From the NCBI GenBank assembly GCA_950097015.1, contig CATNEN010000025.1, forward strand, positions 8,680,001 to 8,744,000: a stretch of DNA of 64,000 bases, written 5' to 3'. The stretch's first letter is position 1, and every line of letters starts with the position of its first letter. This DNA is from Macrostomum hystrix. Taxonomy: Eukaryota; Animalia; Platyhelminthes. Below the pieces are notes generated by a model that was not told where the DNA came from, did no database searches, and saw nothing but the letters and a program-made list of their open reading frames with translations. The translations under genes and the position numbers were made by a program. Positions 13,201 through 25,200 of the stretch are shown one piece after another.

Positions 13201-16200
13201 GAGATGAGACACGGGAGAGATGAGACACGGGAGAGATGAGACACGGGAGAGATGAGACAGGGGAGAGATGAGACAGGGGAGAGATGAGACACGGGAGAGA
13301 TGAGACAGAGGAGAGATGAGACAGGGGAGAGATGAGACACGGGAGAGATGAGACAGGGGAGAGATGAGACAGGGGAGAGATGAGACACGGGAGATATAAG
13401 ACACGGGAGAGATGAGACAGGGGAGAGATGAGACACGGGAGATATAAGACACGGGAGAATGAGACATGGGAGAGATGAGACACGGGAGAGATGAGACATG
13501 GGAGAGATGAGACACGGGAGAGATGAGACACGGGAGAGATGAGACACGGGAGAGATGAGACAGGGGAGAGATGAGACACGGGAGAGATGAGACACGGGAG
13601 AGATAAGACAGGGGAGAGATGAGACACGGGAGAGATAAGACACGGGAGTGATAAGACACGGGAGAGATGAGACACGGGAGAGATAAGACACGGGAGAGAT
13701 AAGACACGGGAGAGATGAGACACGGGAGAGATGAGACACGCGAGAGATGAGACACGGGAGAGATGAGACACGCGAGAGATGAGACACGGGAGAGATGAGA
13801 CACGGGAGAGATGAGACACGGGAGAGATGAGACACGGGAGAGATGAGACAGGGGAGAGATGAGACACGGGAGAGATGAGACACGGGAGAGATGAGACACG
13901 GGAATGGTAAGACACGGGAGAGATTGGAAAGGTGAGATTTTTTGAGCCAGGGGTGGATACAGAAGCATTGAAGTCTAGGGAAAATGTTCGCCTTCTAAGG
14001 ACTACTTTTCAGTATGAAATTGAAGTGTACTCGAAAGTAAAGTTACCGATAGAATGAAAATCTTCTAGGAGATTACAATCAAGTAAGAATTGGTGTTTCT
14101 CTATCGCAAGCGGGTACCGCCGCTGCTAATAAACTTCTATGCAAAGCAGTTGTACGCACGCATGTGTGTGGTGTGAATAAGTTAATTGGCATACAGACTT
14201 GGCAAACTCGGTGGGAGAACAAGGATCAGTTGGTTTGTGATTCGAGTAAAGAGAAGAGAACGCGGCTAGTCAAACTACATTACTCACCGATAGTAGCGAT
14301 AGCCGAGTTTTATGCAGCTGTGAATGGCATTCTCAGAGGAGGTGGACTCCTGTGCCAGGACAGTCTGAGCGAGCCAGAGCATGCTGGGTAGGGTGAGCAG
14401 CTGGCGTTGCGGAGAGCCGCATGCGGTTGCTAGGCAACCAAGAGCTGGCGACAGAAGCCAGTGCAGCGCCATTGAGGTCAGGCCGCCAGGGGCAGTCCGA
14501 GTGCCTAAGTTCTTTGTCGGCTGGGTGTCCTGCTTGGTGCAACTGCCCTGGTAGTCATATTCTTGCACGCTGCACAGGGCGATGAAGATTCGTTACCATC
14601 GGTCATTAGTCAGCCCCATCTGATACTGGTCACTCCACATCTGGTATTGGTCACTCCACATCTGATACTGGTCACTCTCAATCTGATTTTGGTCACTCTC
14701 TATCTTATATTGGTTACTCTCTCAATCTGAAATTGGTCACTCCACATCTGATATTGGTCACTCCACATCTGATATTGGTCACTCCACATCTGATATTGGT
14801 CACTCCACATCTGGTATTGGTCACTTTTCCTCTGATACTGGTCACTCTCAATCTGATTTTGGTCACTCTCTATCTTATATTGGTTACTCTCTCAATCTGA
14901 AATTGGTCACTCCACATCTGATATTGGTCACTCCACATCTGATATTGGTCACTCCACATCTGATATTGGTCACTCCACATCTGGTATTGGTCACTTTTCC
15001 TCTGATACTGGTCACTCTCAATCTGATTTTGGTCACTCTCTATCTTATATTGGTCACTCTCTCAATCTGATATTGGTCACTCTCCCAATCTGATATTGGT
15101 CACTCTCCCAATCTGATATTGGTCACTCCACATCTGATATTGGTCACTCCACATCTGATATTGGCCACTTTTCCTCTGATATTGGTCACTCTCTCAATCT
15201 GATATTGGTCACTCTCCTAATCTGATATTGGTCACTCTCCCAATCTGATATTGGTCACTCTCCCAAACTGATATTGGTCACTCTCAATCTGATATTGGTC
15301 ACTCTCCTAATCTGATATTGGTCACTCTCCCAATCTGATATTGGTCACTCTCAATCTGATTTTGGTCACTCCCAATCTGATATTGGTCACTCTCTCAATC
15401 TGAAATTGGTTACTCTCCAAATCTGATATTGGTCACTCCACATCTGATATTGGTCACTCCACATCTGATATTGGTCACTCCACATCTGATATTGGTCACT
15501 CCACATCTGATATTGGTCACTCTCCCAATCTGATATTGATCACTCTCCCAATCTGATATTTGTCACTCCCTCAATCTGATATTGGTCACTCTCTCAATCT
15601 GATATTAGTCACTCTCTCAATCTGATATTAGTCACTCTCTCAATCTGATATTGGTTAGTCATAAAATCGTCAGTCGCCCTCACCTGCCGTACACGGACAA
15701 GTTGTAAATCAGGTGTCGCATTAATGGTTTATCAACGTGTCCAAGAAAATGGCCAATCACCTGCGGAGTCAAGCGTTGGGAAGCTAGATTAGATTAATGC
15801 TAGAAAGACCGCGCTATCCCCCCTGGGGAAATACCACGTGGGTATTTCTAATAAGCCACTGCCTACTTCATGATAGAATGATGGCGATTGGTTGAATATT
15901 TCGTGTGGTTCAAAAAAAATTACTATGGGTATTTGAAGTACCCTGTTGTCTTTCTACCGTTAATGACTGATTGCAAGCACCTCGTGTGGATAAAAGCCAG
16001 CTTTAGTTATCAGAAACTTAGTGACGTAGACAAATGCGCGATCGAGACAAAATTGCGCTTACCTCCTGACGCTCATTAGCGGAGACAATGTAGCCCCCGT
16101 CCTCCAGCAGGTAGCATGTGTTGTTGGCCAGCTGCAGGTTGCACAGCGAACCAAATGTACTATTAAAGATGGACTCAGAGATCCAGCGCCAGGATAGAGT

Positions 16201-19200
16201 CACTCCGGCCACTGAGATCGGACAGGTGGGGTCAGTTCCAGCTTTAATTAGTTTGCAAATCTAGGTTTGAAATCCGAGAGTCCAAATGGTTGACCTTACC
16301 AGCCGCTTTGAAATTGTTCGGCGGCATTGTGACCGCCTGAAACAAGGTGACAGGCGGTGGGTCAGGCGGTCCAACTTCTTCGTCGCTGACTATTGGCAGC
16401 GCACTGGAAGCCGTGGTCGATGCGGTGCCAGCGCCGTACGCAGAGAAGACCGACTCTGATTGGCCGGCAGGCTTAGGAATGACCTCTGCAAATGGGGTGG
16501 GTGACAATGTACATTCGGGCTGGCTTTCTAAGTGTACATAGGTCAGTTGGCAATGTGCATGTCCCAACGGGGAGAGGGATTTGGTTTACTCGCTGTTGAA
16601 ATCGATAAAAGAATGTGCATACACCAGACGAGAGATGGGAGATGCGACTTACCACCGCTTTTGAAGGGCACGACTGAAGCAAAGATAAGATCGGGCCTCT
16701 CAAACGCTCGCTGATAATAGCCTTCGAACCAGCCCTCGCGCCAGCTGCGATAGCGCGGTGCCTCCTCAGCAGGTAATACACCCATGAGGCCGCTGAGGCC
16801 GGTGACGAACACGGAGCTGGCGGTCGAACCAGCGATCGACATTTCGCTGAATAGCTCCTCGTACAGAGCCATGTCGAGGGCCACAGCGCGCACCCAGTGC
16901 TCGTCACAGGCGCTGCGGTTATGAATGAAGGTTTCCAGCAAGTTGGCCATGCCTGCTGGTGCGTGTCGTATGTGCTCAACCGTCTCTTTTGCGGCACCAC
17001 CGCCAGACCGTTTGCTCTGTGGCTGCGGCGTCTTCGCAGTTGGCGCAGCTGTGGTCGAGGCAGCTTCAGACGCCGATGCTAGCGAAGGTGGCAGCGGCTG
17101 CAGCGGCCGCCACTCCTGCTCTTGTGGGCTCCGACGCAGGCGACGCACCTGAGGCGGAGTCTGTCGAGTTGGCGGCGGCGGCTGCGGCGGCTGCAGCGGC
17201 GGCGGTGGCGGAGGAATGAAGTACTCTCGACAGTACGGCGTCTTGCTAGACACCAGATAGTCGTGCCTCCGGCTAGGAAACTGAGCGCGCCGACTGGGAT
17301 AAAATCCCCGATCGTCAGTCACCTCAACAATGGTGACAAATGAGTCGACCGATGCATTGGCATGTCGCTGACGGCTTATGGTGATTGCCAGAGCTGAGCT
17401 GAAATCGGCGAATCTATTTCCTGACGGTGGCAGCACAACCGAGATGCTGCGGGTGGCGAGTGGCGGGATCGAGTTATTGAGATGGACAAAGCGCTTTGCT
17501 CTTTAGCGTGAGAACAGTCGTTCGACTCACGCGAATGCGGTCCTGTTGACATTGGTGAAGGCGTAGTTTCTCTCCGCCCAGTAGGTGTGGATTGAGTCGG
17601 AGATTTTCAGAAAATTCGGTATGGTCTCCTCGTACAGCTGAAATTTCGGATTTGTACTGCCGGTGGTCTCAATGATCTTCTTGCGCACCTCCCGCTTGAG
17701 CTCGCTGTCGAACTCCACCTCAATCAGGTCGACGTTCGGAGAGTCCCGCAGCCAACCGTACTGCGGGCGAGGGAATAATCAATAATCGATCGATAAAGCG
17801 TGCGATTAGAGCTTTAAATGACTGCAGTCTTGTGAGACACGAAACTGTTGTTGGTGCGACTTGCTACGAGTTAATTTCCACGCCAATAAAAGCAGCAATA
17901 TTTTCTGTATGTAGAAATGTATCTAGGCTAATATTTGTACCCCAGACTTCCTTGTTCGAGTAAAACCGTTTTCTTTGGTCTGTGTGTGTGTACGCACTTG
18001 AGCCTTAAGTTCCGGATGAAAGACAATGTAGCCATTGGAGTTGATAGCGAATGCATAGCCATTCGGTCCGAATTTGTGATAAGGCACCATCGCTTGCATT
18101 TCCTTCACCGTGACGTCCGTGCCGATGAGGCCTAGGAAAGATTGGTTGCCCTGGAAAACAGAAAGTCATAGTTTAAGGTTCGATATCCATCTTGAACAGT
18201 ACCTGCGGCATAGTGTTCTATCGGCACTGAACACCAACCTAACTGAATTTAGAACAGGAACAAGCTGAGTCAGCTACGGTTCCAGTAAAAAACCCTGCGA
18301 CGATTCCAGTTTTTATCGAGCTACCATTATATTCATAGACCCTGTTTCGATTCTAGTTGCTAAGATTCTTGGCCCCATTCCTACTAAAGTTCTAGCTGCC
18401 CTTAATCTGCCCTGAATTCAGGACGCCCTAAATCTAGGGCTACTAGCTCGTAAAGTACTAACGACTAACTACGAGTACTAGTGGTCCTTGGATTGCTTAC
18501 GAATTCGATAAAAATAGCTCTTTAGCTTACCGATGTATTGTACAGTGGCATTGTGAGACTTGTCATGAGACCAAGGCCCTGTGGAGTACAGCAAAGTCCT
18601 CTATATTTTAACTACTTCGGGTGCGTAAAACTTTAGATGCAGGTCAGAGTCAAATAAGGCCTCACCAGTGAGTCCAGATAGATATTGTGCCATAGGTAGT
18701 ACTCAGCCTCATTAAGTGTCATCGGTCGGCTGAGGACAGTTGTGATGTGCTGAAAAAACGATGAATAATGTTTTTTAATTGTAGCGATGACAGCTAGATA
18801 TCCTGGCTCACACATCAACCAGTCCGATAATAGGCATCAAGCCAGTTTTGTCAGCAACATTTTGGCAGGTTATTTTCGCGTCCCTCCCACTCCCGTCACA
18901 TCCCCGGTGGCATCAATGAGGGATGAGTCGGAGCTGCTGAATATGTTGCAGTATTTTTAGCCGTAGGTCTTCACCATCCGGCCGCCCAACTCTCATCCTT
19001 TTCCGCTCCGCTCCGGATGCAGCTAGCTGCAATAGCAGCGTTGTTGTGATCGTCATTGCTCCCTAGCGTTGATTTCAATCGCAGAGCTGAAGGCATGCCA
19101 CAGCTCTTTGTCAACTATAGACTTATGTATAGGCGTGTAGAACTAGGTAGGTCACTAGCAAATGAGCGCTATATTCAAGCAGTGTTTGAAGTGGATCACG

Positions 19201-22200
19201 ACATTTTTCAATAAGTCGTTCCGCTCCTTTCGTCGCTGACAAGCGGGGTGAGTGGCAGAGCGGTTAACGTATTTGCCGCTCGCAGCAAGGTCTCTGGGGC
19301 GCAGAGAGAAGGCTTGGGGGCTTGTCGTGCAGTTTACACCCTTGAGGGCTAACCTCCATAGCACAATGAAAGTGTACAATGCCTGACGATGAGAAAGCAG
19401 ATGTACACAGCTGTGTGGGTATGTGCCTGCGTACAGTATATATGTGCGTGTGTGCTCAGGAGTCAGTGAAATGGGCACAATTGCCTTCTCGCTGGCTGTG
19501 GGTCTACTATCACCAAATATTATGTTTTTTATTATTCGTCTCAGAGAGTTAACAATCATAAATATTATACGCACGGGGCAGTGGGCATTGAGACATCTTT
19601 TGGCGACCGTCGAGCCGCAGCCAGCGAGGATGCAATACTGCCCGTTCCGCACGTAAGCGAACACGGAAAAGGACGCAGGCACACACTCAAACATATGTGA
19701 ACATCTGACCTGACTTTTTCATTGTCAGCCTGTGTACACTCACTCTGTGCCCTAAGCCTTTTCTCTGGCCGCTGCGCCGCCACAAATGAATTTGGCCTAA
19801 CCACGGATTCGAGCTCAGGAATGCTAGAACTTCAGACGCAAGGATCGCACGCCTTAAATGTCTATGGCCACAGCTTGCTATATCTGTCTCGCTAAACTGC
19901 CGACAAGTTTTGCCATAGACATTTGGAGCGTGTAAAAGCGATGCATTTCTGCATGCTCTGACTAAATCGTTGTTGCACGCTTCAACTGTCTATGTTTAAG
20001 AGGCACTGAACACGGTGCACTCATAACCATTCGCTACTATATACATCATTGCCTGTGTCGCACTCTCGCAGATCTTAGACAAAATGCTCAAAAGAAATTC
20101 GACGGACAACCGCAGCGGAGTTGCGCCACTCACCTGCACTTGACTAGTCACCGCGCCCATGGCGGGAATTTCGGCGAAGTAGCCTGGAAAAATGGTGCAG
20201 AAAATTTCATCACTATAGAAGTATAGAAAAGTGGCTACCCGCCAAATTGAGCAGATAATGAAAGTGGCGATGTTGCGGCGCTATAGATCCTCGATAAGAA
20301 CAGATGATTGACTTTGTTGTGGAAATGGAGACAGAAAATTGAGACGGCAAGATAGATGGTTGATTATTCACTGTCTGTCAACTCACCGCGATTGCTGCAC
20401 GCCACTTCCAGTAGCGGCTCTGTAGGATTCTGGTGCTGTCCCACCGAGTAGGTGAAGATGCGGATCTGACCAGCGAAGGAGTTGGTAAATGCAAACATAA
20501 TGAAGCCCTGGAGCTAGCAAGCATGAGTTGCGGGTGATAATTCCCATTGGGATTTGGGTTGGCGAGAGGATGCTGGGCTAGGAAGCCGCTATTATCTCTC
20601 TGCTTCTAAAAATACGAGCGCAGAAACCATTTTTTTTCGTCTCGTCGACCTCGTCGAAATCAGTCGGGAGGAAAATTTCTAAGCCAAAGCTTGAGTTGCA
20701 AAGCCTTGGATAGCTGACAGCCAAGGCTATTTTTCGAGGCTACTGATAATAGACGTCCAGAATGGAAAAAGCCGAGGGACTGTTGCAGCATGCGAGCTTA
20801 CCTTGTCCAAAAGTGAGCTCCTGTTTCGCCAAGTCTTGATGAGTTGTCGGGTTTGTTCCATACTGTCGCTGACATCGCCGTCAGTAAAAATCATGATCAT
20901 GCTATTGCACATTGCTCCGTGATTGTTGATCGGAGCTTTGTAGAACTGCGGATTACAATACAATAGATCCGTTATGATAGATTCCCAAATAGAAATTACT
21001 TCGAGAAGACAGTCGCAGATGTCCGAAGGCTGTGTACGACTGTTCAGTCTGAGGACTTCAGTCTGTGTCCCCACACCCATTGGAATTTCTGTCTCAGCAG
21101 ATTGTACATGTTTTACAACGGGTTGAACTAGATCGCTAAGGATTTGGCGTTTCGCTTAAAGACACAATTTTTCCCTAAAACTACCGATTATGTTGCCAAT
21201 ATAGCAAATAGTTCTCTCGGTTTCTAATGAACAATAAACTATGTGCTAAGGTTTGTACTGTATATTGTTAAGTGTCACGTACGTCTTCAAACATGCCGTA
21301 GGCAAAGTCGATGGCCTCGTAGAAATTCACAATGCCGTAGGCTGCAAGATCGCTAATCTGAGCGAACAGGCGCTGCAACAGGATCAGAGGCAAGCGCAAT
21401 GAGAAAGACTATGTCTAGCTATCCTCACAAACTAAAGTTTCCCAGCTCACGTCTTTATTTCTTTTTGTCGCTTGAACAAACGTCCTAAAGCAGGTGCCAT
21501 TGGATTTTGAGTCCTCCGGTGCGCCATCCTTGAGCAGGTGAGGCTTCGATGTGTGGTCCGTGGTCACTTGTCGGCCTGGATACTGCGGATGGTTAGTTGG
21601 GCTTGAGAATTCGACTCGCCTATCGCAAAGGAAGCAAATTTTGGTCAGAAAGTACTCGCGACCACTGGTTCGTGTGCTCTGGCCAACTAACTGGATTTGA
21701 AGGCTTAGCATCGGACTTCAAGCGCGAAGCCGGGCTTGTTGGCGAATTCGACTTGGCAGCAGTGACAGCAGATGGCTGAGACAGCCACTGCAGACCCTCT
21801 GGGGGCAAGGAAATTCAGCATGTCAGCAGAGTGACAGGCCTGACATCTCCATCCCCGACTTGTTACTTCATTCCTTGTTAGAAAAAAAGCTTTCGATTTG
21901 TCTTAGCCACTGCGGGCAAGGGCCCTGGAAACAGTTACATTAATATTGGCATAGCCAATTCGCCCAGTTTCCAAAACAGATGCCGGCGTTCCCGCGAGTC
22001 ATCCTTGACTTCGTGCCACGCACACCCACCATGGGCAGGGTTAGCCTAACCTGAGCAACTGCCACAAAGTCGTTCTCGCCCAGCGTGTCGATCAGACTGG
22101 CCACGGCTAGTTTTGTGAGGCCCAGGGCTTGGCCGTGCATCGAGCCGCTCCTGTTTGGAGTGGTCGCGTGCTTGTGTGTGACTGCATATGATTGGAATAC

Positions 22201-25200
22201 AAGCAAGGCGCAGATTTTGATAGCACAGATACTCTAGCACAATGCACTCACTAAATGTCAGCAGAAAAATCACAGGGTATTTCAAATAACCAAATTTCCC
22301 TAAATATTCAACCAATCGCCATGAAAAAGCAGAACACAGCCAAACAAAACTTTTCCGCTCTATCAGATGAAACAACTTCCAGAATAAAAAAACATCGGCA
22401 TCGAGACATCGAGATATTCGACGATTTCTAACTTTCTGTACCTGTGTAGTCTAACTGAGGGCTGGGGCACTGATTGCACGCATAAGTGCACATCAGCTCG
22501 TACGGAGCTCAGATTCGCGCACTCGCAGTGCACCTAAATCAAATCTAAATCATATTCTCCTAGAATTTCGAGTATTTCTCTCTGAAATCTTCCAAACACT
22601 TCAATTTTTACTGCATAACCGCTGTCGCTGCAATACAGTCAAACCAAGACTCACTATACATTTTTCACTGCTTCTCAAATCAATTATAAATTCGGCCTTG
22701 CATGTACGAAGTATCGATTGATTCGTGTGTCAGCTCAGACTTAATCAATTACTTGTTAGCCTAGTATCATGCGATCGTTGTACTTGTATCTGATTACGGT
22801 ACTATTACTCTAGGTGCCTTGTCTAGATTCCCAACCAAATCGCCAGCTTAAGTGTGACTTACGTGTCCACCATGAAGAGTACGTCTCTTGGGCTGGCTGA
22901 GCCTTGCGTGTACCTGCGCATGTGTGCCGGTGCAAATTTTCTCAGCTGACTCAAAATCACCAGAGTTATGATCAAATTGATAGTTTCTGCTGGAGGTCAA
23001 TCGGCACTGGCACGTAATTTGGTGACAATATAGACACGACAGTGTGTACATTTGCCATGAATTTTCGTATGTTATGCCTCGGCCCTTATCGGCGCAAGTT
23101 GCATGACAAGCCCCCCAAAGCCTTCTCAACCAGTCCCAAACCACATAAATGTGACCTCACCGCGGAATCGAGCTCAGGGACATTCGCGCGAGAGATTTGT
23201 GCGTTCAGTCTCTCCGCTACTCAACCAGAGGCAGTTTCTCATCTCAAACTCACCAAGGCCTTCGTCGGACGTCGTATCGATCGATTTTTCCTTTCGGCAC
23301 CCGCCACTTCATGCCTATAGCGCGCGATATTGGTTGCTATTGTAGTTTTTGTAAAAGCAATTGTTTGACACGAGCGAAGCACTGGCCTCTCTTACAATTA
23401 CCTGGAAATATTCTAAAGAATCCGTTCTGTGACCCATAGAACTGCCAGAGCAATTCTGAATCCCGCTTTTTATTTGAGCTGAAAACTTTGTCAAGTTCGC
23501 TTGACCAAGCGATGTCGTTTAACACTTTGACATCTGTGGGTGACAGTGCGGATGCCATATGAATGTTGCACGAATGAGAGTTAGATTTCAATCTGAAATT
23601 AGATTCACCTCCATTGTAGGTTTCCACCGGAATGTGCACAGATGACTGGTTCTTAACAACCTGCTGCAGGAACATCCTGTCATACTGCATCCTAGGATCG
23701 TTCTCGTCTATCATTTTGGCGTCGATGTAAGAAACTTGGTGAGCCTCGATGGCCGGATTCGCTATGTAGTTGGCGGCCACGCCCTCTGCGAATGTCACCA
23801 CCTCCTGGGTAGCCAATGGAAAGAATGAGTAAAATTTGTTTTAAATTTTTCTAGCAGTGAATCGGGCTAAACCGAATTAGCCTCACTTACGCCCTTCGTT
23901 TTCCTATGCCGCTGTTCCTGTCAACCCTGATCGATGCACCCCCAAAGCAGAAGACAGCGTACAATGATCCCCCAATTCCTTATTCTCGTAGACGAGACTG
24001 GGAAGCCTTGTAAGCGCGATCCCGCCTCTCTATCTCTCTCTATGTCTCTCGCGTATGCAATTTGCTGCGATACAGCCCAGCCGGAGGGTCTGCGGCGACG
24101 CATCACACGCGGGATTAGGACCCGGAATTTCGGCCTAAGAAAGCATTGATCTGTTATTTTTGGTCTCCAAAACTGATCACCAAAGTCTATGGCGGCTGTT
24201 GCAGCCTTTGACCTTCTCTCACTCTGGATTCTAATAATTTCTGGACTGTTAGATCAGAACTTGACGTAAGCATGGGTAGAATAGTGTAGCACTGACCCCT
24301 TAGAAATTGAGCAGCACTGACCCCCTTGGCGATTCCGCAGCATTGACCCCCCTGGAGATTGTGCAGTATTGACCCCCTTGGGACATTGAATCCCTTGGGG
24401 CATTGACCCCCTTGGTGCATTGACCTCCTTGGGGCATTGACCTCCTTGGGGCATTGAACCCCTTGGTGCATTGACCTCCTTGGGGCATTGACCTCCTTGG
24501 GGCATTGACTACCTTTGCGTATTGCACTGGAAGAAGGCCAGTTTGGAATGGTAGTTAAAGCGGAGCTACAATATCCAAGGCACAATGGACTCTGCAGCAA
24601 TTTGAAAGTGTTCTGCAGCCCAGCAGAGTGAGTGAAAGGTGTCCAAGCTGCGCAGAAATCTACCAAAGCAACAGAGGAAAATGAGCCATAGACTCACAAG
24701 TGTCTCTCACGGGCCACTCTCCCACCACTTTGGAAATCTTGGCAAGCTGCGCATTAGGGAAGCAAATCCTCTTTTCTCTTTTTCTCTTATTCATCTTCCT
24801 CTCTTGGCTCAGTAGCTGCCTCTGCCATCTTTGACAACCCGCTAAAAGGACCATTTTGCTGTAAGTGAAGAGCCTTGACGAAGCCTTCACTCCACCTCCA
24901 TCCAGGCAATTTCTGCCCCTGGTTAAGAATAGGCTATTTTCACATGGATGGCCTGCATGGCGAGGACAAAATGCAAAGATGACGAAGAACAGCAACTCCA
25001 GCGACATTGCTGCTGCTGCAGCTATTTTATTCAACTCATTCCGCTTTTTTTCTGTATCGCTGCCCACCTGATTGACAGGGACTGCATGAGGGCCAGGTGA
25101 GAGTTGTTCTAGGGGTGTTTAGCAACAGGTGAACAGTTTGGGTAGGAACTGTCACTCTATCCCCATTCCGCAGCCTCCCACCGTGTAATTAAAAGCCATC

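Noticed and set aside
24515-24640. Peptide [14 protein letters not shown] on + resembling a tyrosine-kinase glycine loop
   Set aside because: The first Gly is absent, stops flank it, and no VAVK, HRD or DFG motifs follow in a consistent frame. Probably chance or an unidentifiable relic.
24660-25071. 135-aa (-) and 68-aa (+) ORFs in alpha2delta intron 3 as a nested gene
   Set aside because: No recognisable domain or exon chain; partly low-complexity.
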